Source of the DNA: Camelus dromedarius | Taxonomy: Eukaryota | Direction: 5' to 3' | DNA: 64,000 nucleotides | Assembly (NCBI RefSeq): GCF_036321535.1 | Contig: NC_087439.1 | Coordinates: forward strand, 15,190,001 to 15,254,000 | Shown here: one piece after another, positions 35,601 to 47,456 of the stretch | Layout of the letters: every line of letters begins with the position of its first letter | How positions within the stretch are numbered: position 1 is the stretch's first letter | Made by a program: the position numbers and the translations under genes | Notes under the pieces: model-generated | Told to the model about the DNA's origin: nothing | Databases searched by the model: none | What the model saw: the letters and a program-made list of their open reading frames with translations, nothing else

Positions 35601-37639
35601 TAGTATTTAAAAAAAGGTGGGGGAGTACTACAGAGCCTACTATGTACCAGCAGGCCACACACTACGTGCTGAGGGAGAGAGGGCTCACGGGCTCAGGGAG
35701 CACACAGACTAGTGCCCATACAATCACAGATAACGCCCTGATCAACACAAGAGTCACCTTTGTAATGTCATTAGCAAGTGGTCATCCCACTGTGACTGAA
35801 TATATTGTAGGAACTGGAACCCCCTCTGGCACTCATTTTCTCTGGGACAAGATAATGGACCAGTTAATTTTTTTTTTTAAATTTACTATGGGTACAGGTA
35901 AAAATATTACCTTTCCTGGAGAATCTATTTCCCTTTTTATAATAGATTCTCATCCTTAGACTAAGGCATCATAGTTGGAATTTCAGACATGGTAGCAGAC
36001 CAATCAGAAGTCGAATTTTTTTTTTTACTAAAGTGGAAAAGAGACCTCTCTGTGCCCTTCCAATCATACACCATGATTGCTTGCCTTTCCCATATAAAGG
36101 ATCAGTCCTGCTTCCAAAGGATGAGTAATTGCAAAGAATAAAACACTTTTCTTACAAGAAGTCACAAAAATAACCATACTGCCCTCACATCATTTCCCTT
36201 CCTTCATTCCACTATAATTTATGAAAATAATTTAAAACTTTGGACTTTAGTGAACACTGCAAAATCCGGTCTGCAATTAGTTTTGTATGTTTAAGGTTTC
36301 CTTCGTCAGAGCAAATCATAATTCTTTGGAAGCAAAGTTGAGCCTTGAAAAAGATATGAATCTCCAAGCTTCCGTTTTTAGAGAAATTGATTTATACAAG
36401 AAAAGGACTTTAGTATGATTTCCTAGGTAGAAAACTCGCTAAAATAAATCTTGCAGAAATTGGTACAGGAAGCTGCCATCGAATTCCAGTTCTCAACAGT
36501 TACGATCCACTGTTATGGTTACTAGGTGCCAGGGACTGTGCTGGGTGCCTTCTTATGACTTAGGCATCAGTCTTGAGGAGTTAACTTTGTGTCATCTAAG
36601 CTGCAACAGTGTTCAGGCTGAAGTGTGAAGCTATTCTGAAGCTCAGGTCCATGGAATAACCCTCTAGAAGAAACGCCTTCATGTCACTCAGACTACCACT
36701 CTCGCTGACCTCCCTTTCTGGCTGGCATAGTGCTTGCCACTTAATGGTACCCGGCAGATGCTCATTGAACTGAGCAAATGCCATATAAAATCTGAAACTT
36801 GCTGTCTCCACAGCTTCTCCAGGCCTTCGGAAGTTTTATTAGAAGGCAGTATATGCTCTCCCTCAACGTCCTGTCTTGGTGATTGATAATGTGGGACATG
36901 ATTAAAGATTCTCCAAGTGGGAGTCTTTAATATATTGGTAGTGATCCCTTCAAATAAATCACACATAAGTAATAAGTTAAGGACGTCATTCAAAAATTAC
37001 AAAGGAAGTCAAAATCTGTTTACTGGGACTCATCAGAACCGATTTATTCTTGTTATCAGAAATGTAATAGCAGATTGCATTTCGAACTTGCTTCCTGAAT
37101 GACTCCTTTGTTTTGTTTTGATGATGGCTCAGTCTTAATGAACATAACAACACTTGGCAAGAAAACAGCCAAATCTGCCTGCAGTACATGAATTGCTCTG
37201 TATTGTCACATTGGTTTCCACAGTCACATCTGTAAGGCCAAAGAAAAAGAAACAAACAGCTTCAGAGACAAAGGACCACCTATCGGCCCCTGAGTAAGTC
37301 TAATTGACTCTGGGTATTTTGTTGGTTTGCAGATCAAATTGAATAACATCTAAACTAAATTACTTGCTTTTAGAGAAAGAGGCTCTTTTCTACCTAGGAG
37401 TTCAAGCTGTTTTAATAAAAGAAATTTAGGAAACCCCATGTTAGCTGTTAGCAGTGACTTCTAATGCAGTGGAGAGATTCAAAATTAAAAAATAAAATTT
37501 CTGCTCACCTGGAGCAGGAAAGGCAGACAGTTGAGTTACTTTATGTACTCACCCAGTGTCCCTTTCAGGACAACACCTTTGAGAAGATTTCTTTGGTTCA
37601 GTCTTTGAGTGGCATTTCATTTTTTCTCACTATTTGCTG

Positions 37640-38330
37640 TTATTTATTGATTCAACATATATTTGCAAGTGCCTGCTCTGTACCTGGTGCTGGGAACACC
37701 AGAGTAAACCAAACCAGATGAGGTCCATTCCATCAGGGAACTAACATGTCAGCAGGAGAAAGAATCATAACCAAACACCGCAGTCCAGCAGGTAAAACTG
37801 CTACACAGGGGACGTAGGATGGACCCACCACTGCGGGGCTGACCTAAACAAAGAGATCAAGGAGGGACTCTGGGATACAGTGGTCATTAACTCTGGATGT
37901 GGACATGAGCCTGTATAGAGTGGCTCCTGGCAGAAGGGACCTCAGGAGAAAGTCCCTGTCATGGCAAGGAGCATGGTGCCTACACGGGACAAAGAGAGAA
38001 ACAGTATGTGGCTAAAACACAGCTCAGGAGGGGAAGCACTAGGCAAAGTGAGGTGGAGAGGGCTCAGGAACCAGACCTGCAGGTCTTGTTGGGCCACTTA
38101 AGAGTCTTCATCTTTGAAGCAATGGGAAGCCACGAAGGGTTATCGGCAGGGAGGCGTCATGGTCAGCCTTGAGTTTTTAAAGATGGGTGCGGGGAGGAGA
38201 ACAGATCAGAAGGGGGCCAGGGTGTCTGTTAGTGGTTCAGCATGGAGGCTCACGGCCCCAGCAGCAGACGATGGTAGAGATTAGACTAGAGGGTAGCAGC
38301 GTGAGGGGTGGATAGACTTGAGAGAGTATC
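37640..38330 (-). mobile_element. L2 (L2a-like) 3' region
   Basis: 'tttattgattcaacatatatttgcaagtgcctgctctgtacc...gaagcaatgggaagccacgaagggtt'. Confidence 0.75.
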
Positions 38331-40574
38331 TCATATCTACTTCCATTGCCCAACCCGTGCCCTCCATCCCTTCACTCTGAATAGCTTTGCTTCTCTCTGC
38401 ATTGATTTTCTTCCTGCTTATTGCTCCAGCTTTTAGTGCCATGCTTTATAATAAGGGCTCGATGTGTATTTGTGTTACGAATGAGTGGTTCCCACTTTCA
38501 TTATGCTCTTCCCTGAACCAAAAAATTCTTCCAGTTCAATCTGTCCTACAGTATACCCTGTCGGTGTACAGAGAGGTCACATAACTGGCCCAGTGGCCCC
38601 CAAAGTACAACTGGAGATTCCTAGTGGGGAGGGTCTCCCCTCACCTGATCCCCAAGCTTCACCCGTAAATGTAGAGCCAGGAGCATGAGCAGTCAGGAGA
38701 GGGGGACAGCTTGAGGGATGGGTTTCATGTCTCTGAGCAGAGTTTTCTCTGTAATACCTGCAGCCATGCCACTAACATCCATCTCTCAAACCACCTCTGA
38801 CGTGACGTCCATAAGCTGTTAGCACATTTTCTAGATTCTCGGATGGACTTTTAACATTCTAGTAGTCCATTTCCCAGGCTATATAATGCCGTTATTAGAT
38901 AACTCATAGCCTAATAATGGGAATATAAATATAAAACATTTTTAAAAGGTCTTTTATCTGCCCTACCTCTTTGATACTTACGATAGCCCCATGAGATAGA
39001 CAAGACTGGGATGGATTTCCCCAGCAGTGCCTTGAGACTGAAGCCAGCTCTTTCAGACAACAGCACAATAGGCAGCTGCTCTTCTGACTAGTCGGGAAGA
39101 CTTAACAGGGCCTCCCTACGAGCTTTGTTCAACCCAAGCCCAGGGGTCTTGGAGGCCATGACATTTCCCTCGCAGACATTTCCTCTGGAGGATGCTGGGT
39201 CCCTGCGATACTTAAGACACTTTTCTTCTGGACATTTCACTTAGACATTGCTCTGAAACTGAAAATAGCATTCACAGCTTTTGTTCAGCACACCCAATTT
39301 CTACTAATATCCAGAAATTATTCCCACTGGATTTTTCCATTTGGGCTACTTCTCACAGGAGCGATATCCTCTTGCTCTAATGACAGAAGCAAACATGAAT
39401 GGTAGGTGGTCTAAAGATGGTTCTGATACTTCCCATGCTTTCCTGGACTAATCAAATTGATAACAGAAGCAAAGACTCTTAGAGTTAGAAAGCTTCTTAG
39501 CAGACACCCAGTCCACTTCCCTGACCCCCATATCACTGTATGCATGCATGCATGCATGTCCAAAAATGTTACATCTGAGTATCCCTTTGGGAGTCCAAAT
39601 GTTCAGGCTGGGGATTCTGCTATTGTTCAAAACAGTTTGGAAATCTTTTCTTTGAGAACTGTCTTTAAGGCCAATTTATAAGTTACGGGGGAAAATAGAG
39701 ATGATTTTGCTTTAAAGAAGTCCTGGCTCCTTTTGACCCAGAACAACTTCAGACCAGGGTCTGAATGACAAATGGAATTTGTCAATAAGCAAATCCACTC
39801 TCAAAGAATGCCACTGAAGTGTATCAAGAAAATGTGGCCGTTAGGTATTGCACATGACAAGGACACTCCCAGAAGGAAACAGCCACGGCACTCTTCTAGG
39901 CACAGAGCCTTGAACGTACCTTCGTTACTGAAGACGTGTCCACTCAGCTATCGAAGTTCTAATGTCTCCACTCCCCAAAAATATCTGCTGTCAACTTATC
40001 ATAACATTTTGGACCTCATTTTAATTTTGCAGGTTTCCAGGGTCCTGACCACTGCTGTCATCTTTTCTCTGCTCACCCAGTGGCATCTGCACCAAATAGC
40101 CTGGTCTTTGGGGTCTGGGATGCTGTCTTACTCAGTGACGATGAAGAGCAGTGACAGGCCTGCCGGAGCACTGAAAAGAACTGTGGAGACAATGATGAAA
40201 TCACTGTCTAACAATTTTACTGTCTGTGTTTATTAAGCTGTGGGCAGTGGCCATGTATCGCATAAATTGATTTAACTATAAAGATGAAAACATGTGTGAG
40301 TTTTAAAACTGTCCACTGGCAAGTAGCCCAGTATAGGGGCAGAGAGACTTGAGGGTTGGGGAGTGTGGAAACTGGTTTTTCTTACTTAAGAAACCATGAT
40401 TTTGAGTCTTATCTTTAAAATAAACATAAACAAAAACCAAAATAGACCATACTTTCAGAATTTTTCAGGGAACACGTCTCTTCTCCATTCATTCCATCAC
40501 AGCAAAAATGTCTCTTTGGGTCCAGTCCTTTTATCTTTAAAATTTTTTAAAGGAAAGAAACAATAATGTTCACA

Positions 40575-40745
40575 TTTTGAGAGTATGCTTATCACAGAAA
40601 TATTTATGAGTGAAAAGTAGAAAAAATGTTCTTTTATATAAATCAGGAGGTTGATTAAATAATTACATAAATGTAGGTATATTACTATGTCACTGCTAGA
40701 AATCATGTTTTTGCAAAGAATTTAATGACAAGGGAAAGGCTCAAC
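40575..40745 (+). mobile_element. Old L1 fragment (L1ME-like)
   Basis: 'gttgattaaataattac...tattactatgtcactgctagaaatcatgtttttgcaaagaatttaatgacaagggaaaggctca'. Confidence 0.6.
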
Positions 40746-40879
40746 CCTACTCCCCATAATCCCTAAGAAGCAGATTGCTCAAGACCCCAAAATCTTTTCA
40801 TCTTACATGATCACCCTCCACCTCAGAGCCCACCTCTGTCTCAAAATGCACCTGCAGGATTTTAATTTATGGAAGTGAC

Positions 40880-41399
40880 TGAGTGACAACACGGAGAGGC
40901 TAATGCCATTGAATGAAGTTCAATGGAGAAATTGTATTTTGTTACTGTATTCTGGAGAGGACAGGGCACGTTACACCATGCAGGGTCACAATTGGAAACA
41001 CCAGGTTTGGGCAGGAGACCAAAAGGGTGAGTGGAAGGCACGGCTCATAGCGCCAGTTGTGTGATTGTGTTTTCTACAGGTAACGGTTTAGGATTGGGTA
41101 ATCTGACTAATCAGTGTGCTGTGGGCTCGAGAGATGGTCTTCAGTTGTCTGGTGGCTGGCCCTGACTGATTAGGACAGAGGAATCCTGTCTCCTGGAGTG
41201 TAAGAGCCAGAAAGAGGAGGTGGTTCAGAGTCCAGGTTCTGAAATGGTTAGTTTGCCAATGAAAGGGATGCTCCTTGGGTGAGCCCTTTGCTGTCTCTAA
41301 GAAGTGACTAACCCTTGGTGGAGCCATCTCCCCCCAGGTCAGTGAGGCTACAAATGCCAGAGCATCAGGAATACAGAAAATTTAAATGCAGTTAATACA
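40880..41399 (-). mobile_element. ERVL LTR (MER74-like)
   Basis: Reverse strand begins 'tgtattaactgc...ttttctgtattcctgatgctctggcatttgtagcctcactgacctgggg...cttagagacagcaaagggctc'. Confidence 0.65.
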
Positions 41400-41881
41400 A
41401 CTCCTATGAAGAAGCAGCTGCCTGCAAAATCTCTGGGCCACAGAACAAAGCACTGATTTCTCCTGGGCATGATTTTCTTCTTCTTTTAAGAAATAGTCAC
41501 ACTAAGTCTGTTGGTCTCCTTCATGATACTGTGTCCCAGTTCCCCAGTCCTTTATATATATAATAGAGCAACTCTGATACAATTTATGGCCCTCTGCCTT
41601 GTTGAGGGCTGGACCATCACTTTATTCATCATTGCATCCACCACGGTGTCTCTCACTTCATAGAAGGTGCACTTCTGCAAAGGAGGCAGTTTTGACCACA
41701 ACCATCCCTGATGACAGCTAGTAGATTATAGAAGACCCTGGTAGGAGAATTCTGCAAAAGAGGGTGGGCATCAAGGGTACACATACCCCCAAACTGGCGT
41801 ATTTACTTGGATGTGTGCATTAATCCCAAGTGAGGTTCCAAGGCTTTCAATCACTCCAAATAAAGTTAAAAGCCTATGCTT

Positions 41882-42420
41882 TACATGGACAGACCTAGAG
41901 ATCATCATATTAAGTGAAGTAAGTTAGACAGAGAAAGACAAATTTCATATGATATCACTTTTATGTGGAATTTTTTTTAATGATACAAATTCTATTTACA
42001 AACCAAAAACAGACTCACAGACATAGAAAACAAGCTATTGTTAAAAGGAAAGGGTGAGGAGGGATAAATTAGGGATTGGGGATTAACAGACACACATTAC
42101 TATATATAAAATAGATAAACAACAAAGACCTACAGTATAGCACAGGGAACTATATTCAATTTCTTGTAATAACATACAATGTAAAAGAATCTAAAAAGGA
42201 AGTGTGTGTGTATGTGTGTGTGTTATATATATATATATATTTGTATATGTATAACTGAACCACTTTGCTGTATACCAGAAACTAACATTGTAAATCAATT
42301 ACACTTCAATAAAAACTTTTATTATGCTGTACTCCAGAAATTGACACATTGTAACTGACTATACTTCAAAAAAAGAAAAAAAAATTAAAAACAATTAAAG
42401 ATAATATGCAATTTTTTTTT
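41882..42420 (+). mobile_element. L1 3' end with a second, very short L1 3' terminus in its tail
   Basis: First end finishes 'cacttcaataaaaac' (about 42315), then 'attatgctgtactccagaaattgacacattgtaactgactatacttcaaaaaaag'. Outer target-site duplication aaaagcctatgctt / aaaggcctgtgctt. Confidence 0.88.
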
Positions 42421-43169
42421 TAAAAAAAGGCCTGTGCTTAAAATAATTTTGCCAGGTCACCAGACTTCCCAGATTAATTTTAGGGAATGAGAAGATGGAA
42501 AGATTATAGGGTGAAGAGAGGGGCACAGGAAGGAGACAGTAGAAGGAGTGAAATTCCTGAATCAAGTTACCCCCAGAATTGGGGAGTGGGGATTAAAACC
42601 CCATGTAGCTGGAATAGCCAAGCCAGAGGTCTAGGAATTGCATCTGTTTAAGAAACAAGAGATGCAGCCGCTGTATGGGGACAGATGAGACCGGCGAACA
42701 CCATGTGCGATTAAGCCAATGTGGAGCCGCTCACATTTGCGGCTTGTTAGGCAATTTCACATTCTTCTGGAGATAAGCCAACTGATGGGCTGTGACATGA
42801 GATAATCGGTGTCACTGATGTGTGAAGGTCCCATAAGAGATGACAGGCAGACTTAACAGAAACAAGCATCCCAGGGTCTCTGTATGAGCAGACAGAATAA
42901 ATGCATGTAATAACACAGTGCCCATTTGCAGAACGACAGCCTGTTTCAGCAAGCTGATGATGACAAGGATTTTCCCGAGGTGTAGTTCTTAATGATTTGG
43001 AAGTCAAAAAAAAAAAAAAAAAAAAGGAACTGCATTTTCTTTCTGAATGTCAATGATGGGCAGAGGGCTCTAAAGTTTTTCTGTTTAGGAAACAATGGAT
43101 ATTTGGGGGAAAATTGAAATGTATGAGTGTATTTTCTAAGTGACTGTCAGTTTAAGAGCATGAAAAGGC

Positions 43170-43480
43170 GCAATAGGTTGCATGGGAAATGTCTGTACTT
43201 GTTCTCCCTATACCTCAACTTGACTTGCATCCACCGTCTACCCCCTCCCACTCGCAAGTATCAAGCCAAATCCTGACTGAGAAGACCCCACTCATGATTT
43301 CCATTTCCACGGCTCTCATTCATTCCTCAACCCACGCCAATCTGGCTTCTCTGCTCAAGCCAAGGTCACCAGTGGCCTCCTAACTCCCAAATCCAATGAA
43401 CACATTGGGCCCACTGGCCATTTCTGTTGCATTTAAAAGACTTCATGGATGTGATTCTTGCTTTGGGGAACTTGACAGTC
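43170..43480 (+). mobile_element. L2 internal (ORF2-region) fragment
   Basis: 'tcattcctcaacccacgccaatctggcttc...ccaaggtcaccagtggcctcctaactcccaaatccaatgaacac'. Confidence 0.65.
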
Positions 43481-43959
43481 CAAGAAAGAGCTCTCCTATC
43501 ATGAAATCAAAGATTTCCTTCAGGCTTGTGGAAGGCCAGGGCAAGGGGGCAGGAATAACTTCCAGCTCCCGCAGCCAGACAGGGCACTGAGCGGAAGGGG
43601 TGGGAGAAGGTACAGACTCTGAAAGCTGGATTCCCCTGGAGGCGCTGGTCTGGGGGCAAGAACTGCAATTTTCTAGGAGGACCAGACAAAGTAATCATCT
43701 CACAAAAAAGTTAAATGTTGCATTTTTGAACATCCATTTGCAATTTTTGAAAAGTACTTTCACTCCTTCTGTGTAAAAGGAGCATGATTAAGTTGATAGA
43801 GTCTGGACTGTAAACATGGGTGAGGCCAGTACAAGGATAGGGTTGCCTATTACACATATTACTCAGCCGAAAGGACTGATTTGTGTTCTGAAATCTGTAA
43901 TTGTCCCTGAGTCAAACAGACATGTGCCAGCGACAGGTACCTATCTTTGAACAAGCTGC

Positions 43960-44260
43960 TGCCCCTTTCCCTGTTTCTCCTTCTTCTGGGTCACTATCAC
44001 TCCTCTGCTTGTGGACGCCTTCCCTGCCCTGCCTGCCCCCCAGCCTGGCTTGGGTGCCCATGGTATCACCCTCTGCCTCACAGAGCTGCCACAGAGCTTA
44101 CAAAGGATCACTAGGATGGAGTCAGCTGAGTTTATCTTGCTTCGTCGACTGCAAAATCATTGACAATGAAGACAGTATGTCTTACTCATCTCTAGTGCCT
44201 AATGCAATGTCTGGCAATGAGTAGGCACTCAATAAATTTTAGGTGAATGAATGAAGGAAG
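43960..44260 (+). mobile_element. L2 3' end
   Basis: 'gaagacagtatgtcttactcatctctagtgcctaatgcaatgtctggcaatgagtaggcactcaataaatttt...gaatgaatgaa'. Confidence 0.75.
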
Positions 44261-47200
44261 CAGTATTATTACTAGCCAACAACAGCACCATTTGGAGTCC
44301 AAAAATGTTCTCAAATGAAAATGCTGAACTGTTGAACGCAGTGCAATATGCAAGTGATATGACTGAGCTATTAGGAACCAAGGATTTCAATGCTGTGCCT
44401 TTAAAATATGCTCAATACAGGAAAAATATGTCTTAGAATCAGTTTAACGACACGTGCTGATAGCACAGATCTGCTATTTGTCTGCATCTAGCTTCATAGC
44501 AGTAGGTTACAGGAACACAATTTGAAAGGGTGTCATATTATTTTATTGAAGAGTCAATAAAAGTATAATAAAACTGAAATGCTGGAGTTCACGGGAAGCA
44601 TTGTACACTTCTGTTATTCATTCTGCCTTATAGTAAAATCCTATTTTAAAAGCATGTCTTCAGTTCTAATCTCTCCAATAATGCTCAGTGCTGTGGGATA
44701 CAGACCCCCTAGTCATCCTGGAAAATGAGCACTCTTTCTTTGCAATATGAAAATTTGAGATATTTCATAAAACCACTGTCTGCCAGCAACAGAGGAACTC
44801 TTGAGAAGAGCCAAAGGCATTGGTCTTGGGAAAGAGAGAATGAAGTACACACCCCGAAGTCAGCACCCAGGAGTGATAAATACATACATAAATGCATAGA
44901 ACAAAATAAGATCAATGAATAGCTTATCTCAGTGTTTCCAAGAGCTCGCTCTCCCTCACTTCCCAGCCTAGAAGAGGGCAGGATGGGGTGAGGGTCAGTG
45001 AAGAGAAACTTCTCATCTCTCTTGCTTCTCTAAAATTCTCTAAATACATTTCTCCTTTCCTTCCACCTCCTAAGCAAACCCTATCAGCTCTCCTGAGCAA
45101 TTCAGGTTTTGAAAAACCAAAACCAGAGGGACAAACAGGCAACTTCTATCTTCTACCCACCCACCCCCCACAATGTAGCTCTCCTGAATCAATGAAGTGC
45201 CAAGCCAGTTACCTGCATGAAGGGGAGAACAAAAACGAAGACATGCACCAGTTAATTTCTCAGTCGATATTGGAAAGCCACACATGGAAATAGGTTTTGG
45301 CACGTCTCTTGTATTATCAAGGAAAGCACGTAGTTCAGACATTGAATGCCTTGGTTATGACATCTGTAGAGCTAATTAGCAGGAAGGATGCTCTCCATGT
45401 CTCTGAAGACCTGCTCAATCCAGAGCAGCCACTAGACTACCAGGTGAGCATATGGGATCCTAACCTTGCCTGTTCTCTAAGGCTTTTGTCTGAGTGAATC
45501 AGACAGCCTGGCAGTCCCGCCAGCTTGATGAGGACAGAAGCTCTTGCCCTGTCTGCAGATGGTAATCAGTCCAATTTGCTCACCTCCTGAAGTTATCTGG
45601 CCCCTGCCACCCCTCCTCAGGAAGCGGAAATGAAGCCCCCTTGTAAGTCTGGGGCATGATGGATTCTTCAGTAACTGAGAGTGACAGGAACAAGGCGAAT
45701 AGCTGGGCACGAACAAGGCACAAACCCCCCAAGCCACAGCCCAGCACCACCTTTGGAGAATCACACGAGCAACTTCACCATCTCACCTTGATTTGTAAAA
45801 GAAAATGTCAATTGTGGGGGAGGATGCTATTGTAATCCATCTGCTTTTTCTTCTCAAACTGCCAGATGAGTTAATCATCTTCCTTAATAAGCTGCATAGA
45901 GCTGACCTTTAGAAAACCTCCTGCAAGCACAAATGTTTAAAGGCAAAACTCTTTCCAAACACCAGAGCGCTAAACATTATTTATTTATGTTCTTCTCTGC
46001 TCTGTGGAACTTGCTATAGTCCCAGGTCAAGTGTCTGGACCACTGATGCAATCTCTGTGAGACCAATTCACGAAGGCACTGCTCTCTAGTTGCTGCTTTT
46101 GCAATCCTTAGCTCATGCAATTGTTATCCCCACCTTAGAGATGAAGCATCTGAAGGTCAGAGAGCTTAAGTAGCTTTCCCAGGGTCACACAGCTTGTGAG
46201 ACCCGCTAGGCAGGAGCCACGTCTGCCTGTGATTCTTGTGATGCCTTATCTAGTGCACCTAGGAGGCCCTGGACAAGATCATCCTCGTCCCTTTCTTACC
46301 TTTGCAGGCCCTCTGCCCCCACCGAACGCTGGCAGCCGTCTCCTCATGGGGACTGGAGCGCACCCACCTCGTACAACCTAGCATGCCTCTGGCCAGCGCT
46401 TTGGCTTTCCAGTGTGAAATGAGGACCCCTGCTCTGAGGGCCAAAGGCCCTACTTCATTTGGGTCCCTTTCAGGTGCTGGTCCCTTGTGTCCTCGTGTCA
46501 CCCCACCCCCATTAAAATAGGAAAGTTCTTCCTTGTCCACATATCTGGAAGTTAGCGATGAAAAGGCTTTCGAGATTATCTAAGCCAATCCTTTCACTGT
46601 TTTACAGATGGGAAAAGTAAGACACAGAGAGAGGCGGGGGCTTGGCTGAGGCCAGCAGAGAGGAGGCCATTCTCCCAGCACGGCCCACTGCTCTGAGCGC
46701 CCTCTGTAGGGCTCTTCCATCTGTGTGAAAGCCACTTTGTCAGCTCTCTGGGACACCCACACGCTCCCCCTTAACTTTCAGCTTGGGATAAGGCATAAGA
46801 CTTGGTTCATTTCAAAGAGAATTTCTGACATCAGCCATCCAATGGGAGACAGTGTTTGTCTCTCAAATCACACTGTTATAAATCTTGTGTCCTCATGGCT
46901 GAGTCAATGGGAGCACCTCTGAAGAGGCAGGGGGTGGGGCAAGCATGAGAGGAAAGAACAGCCAAGGGTCCTTTTCCATATACCCCAGGCCTGCACCCCA
47001 CATCAGGTTGTGGGGGCAGCCCTGTTCCTAGAGTTTCTAAGTGGAAGATTTTAAGTCCCAATGTCAGCCCAGCAGCAGCACAGGACCCCAATACCAGGTT
47101 GCAGAACCAACCTCGCCCCTGATCCCAACCGCCTATCTGCCTGAAAACTCCCACATGGGTGCAGGTAGAGCCTTTCATCTTAACCTCTCAGCCCCACGCC

Positions 47201-47379
47201 TCCACCCTTAGCACGAGGCAGAAGACACAGGAAGTTGGCTCACTGGCACCCCAGTGCTTCACACATTCACATCACTTTAAGAGGAATTTCTTTTCTCATT
47301 ATTGTTAATGCTTTTCTACCTGTAATGGCATTAGGGTTGACAGCTTTTATCAATGCCACCCTGTCTCATCCTCATCACG

Positions 47380-47392
47380 CACACACACACAA

Positions 47393-47452
<60 letters not shown>
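47380..47452. repeat. Interrupted (CA)n microsatellite
   Basis: Direct reading; explains the poly-HT run in ORF 47235-47534. Confidence 0.97.

Positions 47453-47456
<4 letters not shown>

Noticed and set aside
40191-40290. C-box-like ATGATGA suggesting a C/D snoRNA
   Set aside because: No appropriately placed D box (CTGA) or terminal stem.
43006-43025. A20 tract as the tail of a processed pseudogene
   Set aside because: No upstream coding similarity or target-site duplication, and the nearest AATAAA is about 105 nt away.
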